NCBI GenBank assembly: GCA_041577295.1
Contig: JBFGJG010000038.1
Span: 1-40,328 of the forward strand
Length of the DNA stretch: 40,328 nt
Direction: 5' to 3'
Origin: Gemmatimonadales bacterium
GTDB lineage: Bacteria > Gemmatimonadota > Gemmatimonadetes > Gemmatimonadales > GWC2-71-9
Below the pieces are notes generated by a model. The model saw only the letters and a program-made list of their open reading frames with translations. It searched no databases and was not told the DNA's origin. Shown here piece after piece: positions 26,483-35,109 of the stretch. How positions within the stretch are numbered: the first letter of the stretch is position 1; the number at the start of each line of letters is the position of its first letter. Position numbers and translations under genes: made by a program.

Positions 26483-28525
26483 ATGCGCCTTTGCACACCG
26501 CTGCTCACCGCTGCCAGCGTGCTCGTTCCCACAACGGCACTTGCACAAGTGTGGAACGATTCGGTTACCACCGCGATCGTGCGCCAGGCGATCGCACGCC
26601 GCGCGCTCGATCGAGCCGACTCCACCCTGCATGACTATCGTGCCCGAGCCCATGGGTTCGTCTTCTTCTTGGGACAGTTCGGTGAAGGATTCGAGGAGCC
26701 GCCGCGGTTGGTGAAGTCCGACGAGCTCGTGCTCGAAGTGTACTGGAAGGCCCCGGGACGCAGCAAGCAGCGCATCGTTGGGTGGCGTGACCGCGTCGAT
26801 CTTCCGACGGGAATCCAATACCACCGCGATCATCTCGGCATCGTCTTGAACAACTTCGACGATCGCATCGGACTCGGTCATGATGACGAGGTCCGTAACG
26901 TGCCACATCCGCTCGCTCGGGACGGTCCGCAACGGTACGACTACCGATTAATCGACTCGCTATCCGTACGACTACCCGGCAGGGTGGTGCGCGTCTACGA
27001 AGTCTTGACACGTCCGCAGGATCCTGGGACGCCAGCGGTGGTGGGGAGTCTTTTCCTCGATGCCAGCACGGCGGAGCTGGTGCGATTTCGTCTCAACTTC
27101 ACGAAAGCCGCCTACGTCGATAAGTCGCTCGAGGACATCACGATTGTGCTGGAGAACGGTCTCTGGGACGAGCGCTACTGGCTGCCCCGCCGGCAGGAGA
27201 TCGAGATTCGACGTCGCTCGACCTGGCTGGACATCCCCGCGCGTGGAATCATCCGCGGGCGGTGGATCATCGAGGATTATGAATTCAACGTCGGTCTCGA
27301 CGACACGTTGTTTCGTGGCTTCGAGATTGTCGCGGCAGATCCTGCGATTCGCGATCGGTTTGAGTGGGATCGACCGCTGGATGTGGCGATCCGCGACGCC
27401 GCAGGCACCGGACAGGTCCTCGAGTTCGACGAAGTTCGCGCCAATGTCCGTGAGCTGATGGCGACAAGGCTGGTGTCGGGACTCCCCTTCGCGCGCCCCG
27501 GCGCTCGGTCCATTTCCGATCTGTTGCACTTCAACCGTGTCGAGGGTCTGACGCCGGGTGGTGGGTGGGTGTTTCGGCCTGGGGGTGGTGCATACGTCGT
27601 GCGCGTCTGGGGTTCGTACGGTTTCGCCGACCACCGCGTGAAGGGACGGCTTTCCGTGGCGCACCATCTCGGTTCATGGCTTTTGAACGTGGAGGCTGCG
27701 CGCGACGTCGCGGACATCGGTGACGAACCGGTCATCGCACCGCTGCTCAACTCCCTCGCTGCGCAAGAGATTGGGCGTGACTACGGTGACTACGTGCTCA
27801 CCCATCGCGTCCGCGCAACGATGCGGCGTCGTTTTGCAACCGATGTCGTTTTTTCGATGACCGTCGGAACCGAGCACTCGGCTAGTGTGAAGGTCGATGC
27901 GACGCCCCTCACCGGTAATTTTCGCCAGAATGCGGCGCTCGGCAGCGGTACGCGGCGTGTCAGCTCGGTCGCGCTGGCGTTCGACCCCCCTCGAGCCGCC
28001 GGGGGCTTGACTGGCGGAGGGGTGGTCGCCGAGGTCGGCAACGGCTCGGCCGGCTCATACCTTCGGGTGAGAGGTCGCGCCGAGCTCACGGTCCCGATGG
28101 GTAGCACGCAGATGGTGGCGAGCGGCGTGATTGGTCTGGGGACCGACGACTTGCCGCCGGATCGCTCTTTCGTGCTTGGTGGACGGGGCACGCTGATTAG
28201 CGAGCCATTCCGCGCCTACGGTGGGCGCAGCATGGCCATGGGCCGGCTGGAGTGGCGTTTTGGCGTGCCATTCCCCGCGCTCCCCCTCGGTGGTTTTGCC
28301 ACCACGGGAAACGCGGTGACGGTGAGCCCATTTGTCAGCGCTGGCTGGGCGGGCCGCGAGTTTCCCGATCTCCCGTGGCGCGCGAGCAACGGGGTGCGCG
28401 TCGTGACGGGCCTCACCGTCGAGTGGTTTCACCGGCTCTTGCGGGTCGAAGTAGGCGCCAGTCTTCGAGATCGACGGTCCGGTATTGCGATCGATCTCCG
28501 GCGGGACCTTTGGCCCATTCTTTGA
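26483..28525 (+). CDS. Hypothetical outer-membrane beta-barrel protein
   Basis: Signal peptide ending ALA-Q; FNRVEGL motif; alternating beta-strand pattern in the C-terminal half. Confidence 0.7.
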   Translation: MRLCTPLLTAASVLVPTTALAQVWNDSVTTAIVRQAIARRALDRADSTLHDYRARAHGFVFFLGQFGEGFEEPPRLVKSDELVLEVYWKAPGRSKQRIVGWRDRVDLPTGIQYHRDHLGIVLNNFDDRIGLGHDDEVRNVPHPLARDGPQRYDYRLIDSLSVRLPGRVVRVYEVLTRPQDPGTPAVVGSLFLDASTAELVRFRLNFTKAAYVDKSLEDITIVLENGLWDERYWLPRRQEIEIRRRSTWLDIPARGIIRGRWIIEDYEFNVGLDDTLFRGFEIVAADPAIRDRFEWDRPLDVAIRDAAGTGQVLEFDEVRANVRELMATRLVSGLPFARPGARSISDLLHFNRVEGLTPGGGWVFRPGGGAYVVRVWGSYGFADHRVKGRLSVAHHLGSWLLNVEAARDVADIGDEPVIAPLLNSLAAQEIGRDYGDYVLTHRVRATMRRRFATDVVFSMTVGTEHSASVKVDATPLTGNFRQNAALGSGTRRVSSVALAFDPPRAAGGLTGGGVVAEVGNGSAGSYLRVRGRAELTVPMGSTQMVASGVIGLGTDDLPPDRSFVLGGRGTLISEPFRAYGGRSMAMGRLEWRFGVPFPALPLGGFATTGNAVTVSPFVSAGWAGREFPDLPWRASNGVRVVTGLTVEWFHRLLRVEVGASLRDRRSGIAIDLRRDLWPIL

Positions 28526-28641
28526 CCGCGTGGCGCGGATACCATGGCGGGAGTGCGCCAGTAGCGAGCCGGTTCTGATGGTCGTAGTTTTGACGTTCTT
28601 GCAGAACGCCGCAGACGAGCTCCCGCCACGGAGGTGGAGTC

Positions 28642-30942
28642 GTTCACTTCTTTCGCGATGAGTGGCTTACCGCGACCGTCGAAGAACTCATCGGTCGCGA
28701 GAAGCTAGAAGAACTGAGGCAAGCCGATTCGGTCGCGGGCTCCCTGTGGGAGACCGTGGTCTCGGCCGGGCTCGTCACTCATGACCAGCTCATCACCGGG
28801 CTGAGTGCGCGGTGTCGGCTCAATATCGCCGATCTCTCGGAATCCGACGCCGCCGCGCGGGACATGGTGCCCGAACAAGTTGCTCGCCGCTACAACATCC
28901 TGCCGTTGTCGGTCAACGAGTCCTACATGGAAATCGGCACGGCCAACCCGTTCGACTTGGACTGCGAGAAGACCCTGGCGTTTGCCACCGGTCGTGACAT
29001 CCGCATCTCGCTCGCGAACCCGGTCCACATCAAACAACGGATCGACGAGTTGTACCGCCCGGAGAACGTGATCGATCAGATCCTCGAGGGCATGGCAACG
29101 AGTACGGAGGTCACCCAAATCGAGGAGGGGAGCGACGCAGAGGAGATCACGGTCTCTGCGGAAGAAGCGTCGCAACGCCCGGTGGTTCGACTGGTCGACC
29201 TCATTTTGTCAGAGGGAATTCTCGCCAGGTCCAGCGACGTGCACATCGAGCCGGAGGAGGGCGGGGTCGCGGTGCGGTACCGTATCGATGGGGTGCTCCG
29301 GCAGGTCATGAAGCTGCCCCGCGCCGCCGGGCTCCCGGTCATCTCACGCATCAAGATCATTGCCAATCTCGATATTGCAGACCGTCTGCGGCCCCAAGAT
29401 GGACGCGCGCGTGTGGCAGTTAACGGGGTGCCAGTCGACCTGCGGGTTTCGACGTTGCCCGCTGCCCTCGGTGAAAAAGTCGTCGTCCGTGTGCTCGACA
29501 CGTCGCAGACCGTGCTCTCGCTGGAGTCCCTGGGACTCAATCCGGAGGAGAGTGAGGCGATTCGAGCGTTGTTGGCGAATCGAGACGGGGTCATCCTGGT
29601 TACGGGGCCAACCGGATCCGGCAAGACTACGACGCTGTACTCTGCCATCCGGCATGTGCAGAGCGAAGGGGTGAACATCGTCACGGTCGAGGATCCCGTC
29701 GAGTACCGCATGCAGGGCATCGTGCAGGTGCAGGTCCACGAGAAGGCGGGGCTCACCTTTGCGTCAGCGCTCCGGTCGATCCTCCGTCAAGATCCGGATG
29801 TGGTATTGGTCGGTGAGGTCCGAGATCGTGAAACAGCACAGATTGCCGTGCAGGCCTCGCTGACGGGGCATCTGGTGTTGTCGACGCTTCACACCAACGA
29901 CGCGCCCAACGCGGTTACTCGTCTCGTCGATATTGGCGTGGAGAGCTACAAGATCGCGAGCGCGTTACGCGGCATTGTCGCGCAGCGGCTCATGCGACGT
30001 CTCTGTCCCAGTTGCAAGGAAGTGTGGGTCGAGGCGATCCCGGCCAAGTTGCACCGTTGGATTCCGCGGGACACACCACTGTACCGTGCCGTGGGCTGTC
30101 CCGAATGTGCCATGACCGGGTATCGGGGCCGCTTTGCGATCACGGAAGTCCTGCGCATCACGCCGGAAGTCGAGCGCCGGATCGCAGCGGGGGAAACCGT
30201 TGATCGGATAGCGGAAGCGGGTCGTAAGACCGGCATGAAGACGCTATGGGAGAGCGGCCTCACTCATCTGTTGCGCGGCGAATCGACGGTCGACGAGCTG
30301 CTCCGTGTCGTCGACGTGCCGCAGGATGATGGCGGGGAGGTACAGGCGCGGACCAGTGGTCCGAAAAAGCGCGCATCACCAGAGCCTGCGGCGCGCGTGA
30401 GTCCACCGCCCTCTGCACCAGCGACTCCTGCGGTGGTGGTTGCAGAGGGAGCTTCGCAATCGGCGACGGCCGCGGCCGGGCCAGCGCCCGCGACCCCCGA
30501 GTTTGAGCTGCTGGAGCCGATGGATGGCGAGCCGCCTATACGTGGTGGGGATGTGACGGTGTTGTTGGTGGACGACGAGGATCAGCTTCGGCGTGTCATG
30601 CGGGATCTACTCGAGCGGGATGGCTACGACGTGATCGAAGCCGCCGACGGCGTCGAGGCCCTGGACCAGGTGGACCGGCACGCACCCGACATCATCGTGC
30701 TCGATCTCAACCTCCCGGGGCTGGACGGTTACGGCGTGCTGTCGCACCTGCGCTCACGCGCCGCCACCGCAGAGATCCCCGTTGTTGTCTTGACGGCTCG
30801 TGGGGACGAGGACAACGAAGTACGGGTGTTTGAGATGGGCGCGGATGATTTTCTTGCCAAGCCGTTTCGCGCCCGGGCGCTCACGGCGCGTCTTCAGGCA
30901 GTGCTTGGTCGGACGCGGCGGGCCACCAGCCGCGATTCCTGA
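28642..30942 (+). CDS. PilB/GspE-type secretion ATPase with C-terminal receiver (REC) domain
   Basis: SDVHIEP, PQDGR, GPTGSGKT, TVEDPVE, LRQDPD, STLHTN, CPSC..CPEC; REC VDDED..LDLNLP..LTA..KPF. Start uncertain (GTT 28642 versus GTG 28756). Confidence 0.9.
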   Translation, partial: VHFFRDEWLTATVEELIGREKLEELRQADSVAGSLWETVVSAGLVTHDQLITGLSARCRLNIADLSESDAAARDMVPEQVARRYNILPLSVNESYMEIGTANPFDLDCEKTLAFATGRDIRISLANPVHIKQRIDELYRPENVIDQILEGMATSTEVTQIEEGSDAEEITVSAEEASQRPVVRLVDLILSEGILARSSDVHIEPEEGGVAVRYRIDGVLRQVMKLPRAAGLPVISRIKIIANLDIADRLRPQDGRARVAVNGVPVDLRVSTLPAALGEKVVVRVLDTSQTVLSLESLGLNPEESEAIRALLANRDGVILVTGPTGSGKTTTLYSAIRHVQSEGVNIVTVEDPVEYRMQGIVQVQVHEKAGLTFASALRSILRQDPDVVLVGEVRDRETAQIAVQASLTGHLVLSTLHTNDAPNAVTRLVDIGVESYKIASALRGIVAQRLMRRLCPSCKEVWVEAIPAKLHRWIPRDTPLYRAVGCPECAMTGYRGRFAITEVLRITPEVERRIAAGETVDRIAEAGRKTGMKTLWESGLTHLLRGESTVDELLRVVDVPQDDGGEVQARTSGPKKRASPEPAARVSPPPSAPATPAVVVAEGASQSATAAAGPAPATPEFELLEPMDGEPPIRGGDVTVLLVDDEDQLRRVMRDLLERDGYDVIEAADGVEALDQVDRHAPDIIVLDLNLPGLDGYGVLSHLRSRAATAEIPVVVLTARGDEDNEVRVFEMGADDFLAKPFRARALTARLQAVLGRTRRATSRDS

Positions 30943-30948
30943 ACCCCC

Positions 30949-33075
30949 TCAACTCAAGGCGCCAGCCTGTTCGTGCCGATCGAGAATGTCGGTGGCGGCT
31001 TCCCGGAGTTCACGCAGATTGAACGGCTTGCGTAGATAACGACACCCCAACCCGCGCAGCCAGTCATCGGTCTCCGGTCGCACGTCGGCGGTCATGAAGA
31101 CGATCCGCGGTTTGAGCTCCGGTTGGCGCGAGCACAGGAGGTCAGCCAGGGTCTCACCGGGCCCGACGGCCGCGCGCGGATCGGCGAAGATGAGATCGTA
31201 GGTCCGGTCATCGAGGAGCTCGACGGCGTGCGCCGCATTGCGCGCCGCCTCGACGCGATGTCGATCCTCTGAGAACAGCGTCCCGATCATACGCCGGACG
31301 GCGGGGTCCTCGTCAACAATCAACATCACCCGCTCACGTGCTGCCGCTCGAGGCTTGGGTGTTGCTGCGGGCACCTGCTGGTGCGGCGCCGGAACCGGTT
31401 GGGAGGGGGGAGCGGTTACCGGCAAACTCACGACGAAGGCCGCACCCCCGTCCAAGCCTCGCTCGACGGTGATCGTGCCGTTGTGCCCTTCCACGATGCC
31501 GAAGGTGATCGACAGCCCCAGTCCCGTCCCCTTGCCGGGATCCTTGGTGGTAAAAAACGGTGTGAAGATCTCGGGCATCAGGTTCTCCGGAATGCCCGGT
31601 CCGCTGTCCGTGACTCGCAGGATCGTCCGATCGTTGACTGCGCTGGTGGTGACGCGAACGATACGCGGACGGTCCGGCGGATTGTCGCTGACCGCCTGCA
31701 CACCGTTCGTGACGAGGTTCAACACCACCTGTTGGATTTGATAGCGGTCACCGCGTATCGGTGGCAGAGCATCCGCCAGCTGCACCTCGAACTCGATCTG
31801 CCGTAGCTTGAGCTCGTAGCCGATCAGCGCGGCGGCGCGGCGCACGACGTCGTTCAAATCCACCGCCCCAACGTCGGCCGGTCCCTTGCGCGCGAAGGTC
31901 AGCAGGTTGCGTACAATTTGCGCCGCTCGCTCGGCTTGTTCGTGAATGACCTTGAGATGGTCTCGGTCCCGTTCAGGCGTTGCCGTTTGTTCGAGCAGAA
32001 ACTCGGAGAGGCCAACGATCGACGTCAGCGGATTGTTGAGCTCATGCGCGACCCCGGAAACGAGCTGCCCGACCGCCGCCATCTTCTCCGTCTGAATGAG
32101 CTGTGCCTCCATAGACTTCTGCTCAGTCACGTCTTCGATGAGTGCGACGACCCATCCTTCGATCACGTCACCACGGAGCTGTGATGCGCTAACTCGGAGC
32201 ACGCGGTCGATCGAGTCGAACCGTCGCGTGAGTGGACCACGCGCGACGCCGGAACGTACGGAGTCGAACAGGGCAACGAGCTCAATGGAGCGGTCGAGTA
32301 ACTCGCCCGTGAGGTTCTTCCCGATGATGTCGGTCAAGGGCTTCCGGAGGAGTCGAGCGAGCGCGGGGTTTGCTCTGCGGATGCATCCTCGTTGGTCGAT
32401 CACCGCCAAGCCGTCGCCCAGGGCGTGAAAGGTAGTCTCCCACTGCTCTTTTCCCTGACGAATCAGATCGACGAGCCGCGCGTTGGCGAGGGTGATGGCC
32501 GCGTGCATCGCGACCGTCGAGAGGAGCCGAAGATCTTCCTGGGTGAATGCACCGGGGGCCTCACTCACGACGGCGACAGCGCCCACGGTGGCGCCATGCG
32601 CTCGCAGCGGGGCCGCAATGGCACGTCCCACGTCGACACCCGCGAGCAGGCGAGGTCTCCGTTGTCCGTCCGCCTCGGCGACTTCGAGATGCTCCCCCCC
32701 CATCGCGGCGGCCACGAGTCCTCCCTCGTGATCACTCACCTCTACGCCCGCAAGCCGACTCAGCGACCCCTGTGCGGCGGCCACGCGCAGTCGAGGTTCG
32801 CCCTCGGTCGCCAACGCCACCACGCAGCCGTCCGACTCGATGAACCGCGAGACATAGCGGACCACTTGGTCGGCAATGCGGTCGATCTCGAGTGATTGCG
32901 ACAGGGCGTACGAGAGCTCTTGCAGTGAGAACAGCTCGTTCAATCGGCGTGAGAGCTCACCGCGCGCGTGGTCGGCATCGTCGCCGAGACGGTGACCGGC
33001 ATGGAGCCGTCCGAGGAGATATCCAGCCGTCACGGCGGCAACGGCCACGACGACCGCGAGCAACCAACCGCTCAT
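30949..33075 (-). CDS. Hybrid sensor histidine kinase (TM-GAF-PAS-HisKA-HATPase-REC)
   Basis: ATG 33075 overlaps the upstream stop; GVAHELNNPL, NLVTNG, DSGPGI, FTPFFTTK, GTGLGL, C-terminal REC ending KPF. Confidence 0.92.
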   Translation of the reverse strand: MSGWLLAVVVAVAAVTAGYLLGRLHAGHRLGDDADHARGELSRRLNELFSLQELSYALSQSLEIDRIADQVVRYVSRFIESDGCVVALATEGEPRLRVAAAQGSLSRLAGVEVSDHEGGLVAAAMGGEHLEVAEADGQRRPRLLAGVDVGRAIAAPLRAHGATVGAVAVVSEAPGAFTQEDLRLLSTVAMHAAITLANARLVDLIRQGKEQWETTFHALGDGLAVIDQRGCIRRANPALARLLRKPLTDIIGKNLTGELLDRSIELVALFDSVRSGVARGPLTRRFDSIDRVLRVSASQLRGDVIEGWVVALIEDVTEQKSMEAQLIQTEKMAAVGQLVSGVAHELNNPLTSIVGLSEFLLEQTATPERDRDHLKVIHEQAERAAQIVRNLLTFARKGPADVGAVDLNDVVRRAAALIGYELKLRQIEFEVQLADALPPIRGDRYQIQQVVLNLVTNGVQAVSDNPPDRPRIVRVTTSAVNDRTILRVTDSGPGIPENLMPEIFTPFFTTKDPGKGTGLGLSITFGIVEGHNGTITVERGLDGGAAFVVSLPVTAPPSQPVPAPHQQVPAATPKPRAAARERVMLIVDEDPAVRRMIGTLFSEDRHRVEAARNAAHAVELLDDRTYDLIFADPRAAVGPGETLADLLCSRQPELKPRIVFMTADVRPETDDWLRGLGCRYLRKPFNLRELREAATDILDRHEQAGALS

Positions 33076-33917
33076 ATGCGCCGGGCCGCCTGTCGCTCCG
33101 CCTCGAACGCGGCACGCACGTCCGCAGGAGCGGTCGCTTTGACCCGCACGGGCCGCGCGGGCACACCGACGTAGAGATACCAAGGTTTCAGGTCCTTGGT
33201 CACCACCGCACCGGTCCCCACCATGGCGTTTGCGCCGATGCGGACGCCGGCGAGCACGGTGGCGTGATACGTGATGCGGACTCCCTCCGCCATGGTGGTC
33301 ACTTCATCGGTCACGTCCTGCTGGTCTTCGAGGGCGTGGGTATGGCTGTAGACGTTGGCGTAATCGGCGATCGAAACGTGGTTGCCCAGCGTGATGCCAC
33401 CACGGTCGTCGAGAAGCACGTGCCGATGAACGACGACGTTGTCGCCGACTTCGATGTTGTAGCCGAAGGAGAATTCCACGAATTGGAAGCACTTGAAGTT
33501 TTCACCGCACCGCCGAAAGATGTGCTTCGCGAGAATCCGGCGCAGACGCACTCCCACGTCGACGTTGCCTCCACCGAGGGGTGAACGGTCGAAGCTCTGC
33601 CACAACCAGAGAAGCGGTTTCACGCGGGCGTATCGAGCGGGATCGATCTCGTGGTAGTACTCGGGCTCCAGGGTCACGTTGTCGGGATCGAGCGCCAAGA
33701 CCGCCGCCCGAGTGGCAAGGGGCGTCTCGGGGTCTTCGACCAACTCTTCGAACGCCTTGTCCCCCGGGTAGTAGAGGTCGAACAGGACGTCGCGGCACAA
33801 ACGTCGGCGGTCACAATTCGGCTCGGTCAACCGCTGGGCGATGTCGTCGAGCCACGCGTCGTAGACCCGGGCGGCAGCCTCGGGCATTTGGATGCGTCTC
33901 AGCGGACGTAGTGCCAT
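33072..33917 (-). CDS. Left-handed beta-helix (hexapeptide repeat) acyltransferase
   Basis: Hexapeptide repeats (NIEVGDNVVVH, ITLGNHVSIA, VRIGANAMVGTGAVVTKD, GVPARP). Confidence 0.88.
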   Translation of the reverse strand: MALRPLRRIQMPEAAARVYDAWLDDIAQRLTEPNCDRRRLCRDVLFDLYYPGDKAFEELVEDPETPLATRAAVLALDPDNVTLEPEYYHEIDPARYARVKPLLWLWQSFDRSPLGGGNVDVGVRLRRILAKHIFRRCGENFKCFQFVEFSFGYNIEVGDNVVVHRHVLLDDRGGITLGNHVSIADYANVYSHTHALEDQQDVTDEVTTMAEGVRITYHATVLAGVRIGANAMVGTGAVVTKDLKPWYLYVGVPARPVRVKATAPADVRAAFEAERQAARRI

Positions 33918-33952
33918 CCAAGGTTCCCTTCAGAGTTGTCCGGGGTGCTGTG

Positions 33953-33981
33953 TTGACATGCAGAAACCCGACAAATAAATT
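33953..33981 (+). promoter_or_regulatory. Sigma70-type promoter for the apbE operon
   Basis: TTGACA (33953-33958), 17 nt, TAAATT (33976-33981). Confidence 0.75.
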
Positions 33982-33999
33982 CGGCTTCGCCTGACTAGT

Positions 34000-34014
34000 T
34001 GAGATTGATTCTCA
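34000..34014. promoter_or_regulatory. Fur-box-like operator
   Basis: TGAGATT-G-ATTCTCA, 7-1-7 inverted repeat, 11/14 matches to TGATAAT-n-ATTATCA, just downstream of the promoter. Confidence 0.65.
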
Positions 34015-34056
34015 TTTACAACGCATCTCAGCGTGGGAAGCTGACATGCAATCCTA

Positions 34057-35109
34057 ATGCAAAAGCTGCTGGTTGTCTGCCCAATCGTCACGTTTAGCCT
34101 GCTCGGATTCGGCGCACTTCAGCAGGGGATCTCCAGCCGCACGAGCGGACCGGGTCTTTGGGTCGAACGTGAGGCGTATGTCATGGGGACCAGCCTGCGG
34201 ATCGTGGCCTTTGCCGCCGATAAGAGGGCCGGAATCGACGCGGTCGAGCGTGCGCTCGCCGCGGTTGATTCCGTGGACGATCAACTGAGCACCTGGCGTG
34301 ATGACACCGAGCTCTCCCGGCTCAACCGTGCCGCTGAGGACTCGGCGGTCGTGGTAAGTCCCGCGCTCTTTGCCTGGCTCTCGGAGGTCGCCGGCTGGGT
34401 GTCTGAGACTGATGGCGCGTTCGATCCAGCCGTCGGCCCGCTCATTGACGCGTGGGATCTCCGGGGCCGTGGCTCCTTCCCCGCACCGAGCGTGCTTGCG
34501 CGTGCCCGGGCCCAGTCCGGTTGGCCACGGTTTGCGCTCGATCGAGCGGGTGGGACGGTCGTCCGATCGGCGCCGGGTTGGATCGATTCGGGAGCTTTTG
34601 GAAAGGGCGCAGCCCTCCGTGCGGCCACCGAGGCCCTCATCCGCAGTGGCGTCCGGCATGCCCTCCTCGATTTCGGCGGTCAGGTCGTGACCTTGGGTGG
34701 TCCGTCCAATGACGAACCGTGGCGTGTGGGCGTCGCACATCCCACCGATCGCGACAGCGCGGTGCTGCATCTACGTCTGACTGGTCTCTCTGCGGCTACC
34801 ACCGCTCAATCCGAGCGGTATCGCGAGGTCGGCGGGGAGCGGGTCGGCCACGTCTTGGATCCACGAACCGGGCGTCCTGTGCCCCCATGGGGTGCCGTGA
34901 CCGTAATCGCTGCCGATCCGATGGTTGCCGATATCCTGTCGACGGCGTTGTACGTCATGGGTCCCGATGCCGGGCTACCGTGGGTTGAATCGCAAGGGAG
35001 CATCGGAGCGCTGTTTTTGGTCAATCGCGGTGGGACGGTCGAAATCCGGGCGAGTGCGCTGGCACAGGCGTTGATCGAGCGATCGACCGTGGTGGTGGAG
35101 GGGCCATGA
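34057..35109 (+). CDS. apbE: FAD:protein FMN transferase
   Basis: VMGT, LSTWRDDTELSRLN, TDGAFDPAVGPL, GKG, DFGG, HVLDPRTG, ADILSTALYVMG; N-terminal export signal. Confidence 0.9.
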   Translation: MQKLLVVCPIVTFSLLGFGALQQGISSRTSGPGLWVEREAYVMGTSLRIVAFAADKRAGIDAVERALAAVDSVDDQLSTWRDDTELSRLNRAAEDSAVVVSPALFAWLSEVAGWVSETDGAFDPAVGPLIDAWDLRGRGSFPAPSVLARARAQSGWPRFALDRAGGTVVRSAPGWIDSGAFGKGAALRAATEALIRSGVRHALLDFGGQVVTLGGPSNDEPWRVGVAHPTDRDSAVLHLRLTGLSAATTAQSERYREVGGERVGHVLDPRTGRPVPPWGAVTVIAADPMVADILSTALYVMGPDAGLPWVESQGSIGALFLVNRGGTVEIRASALAQALIERSTVVVEGP

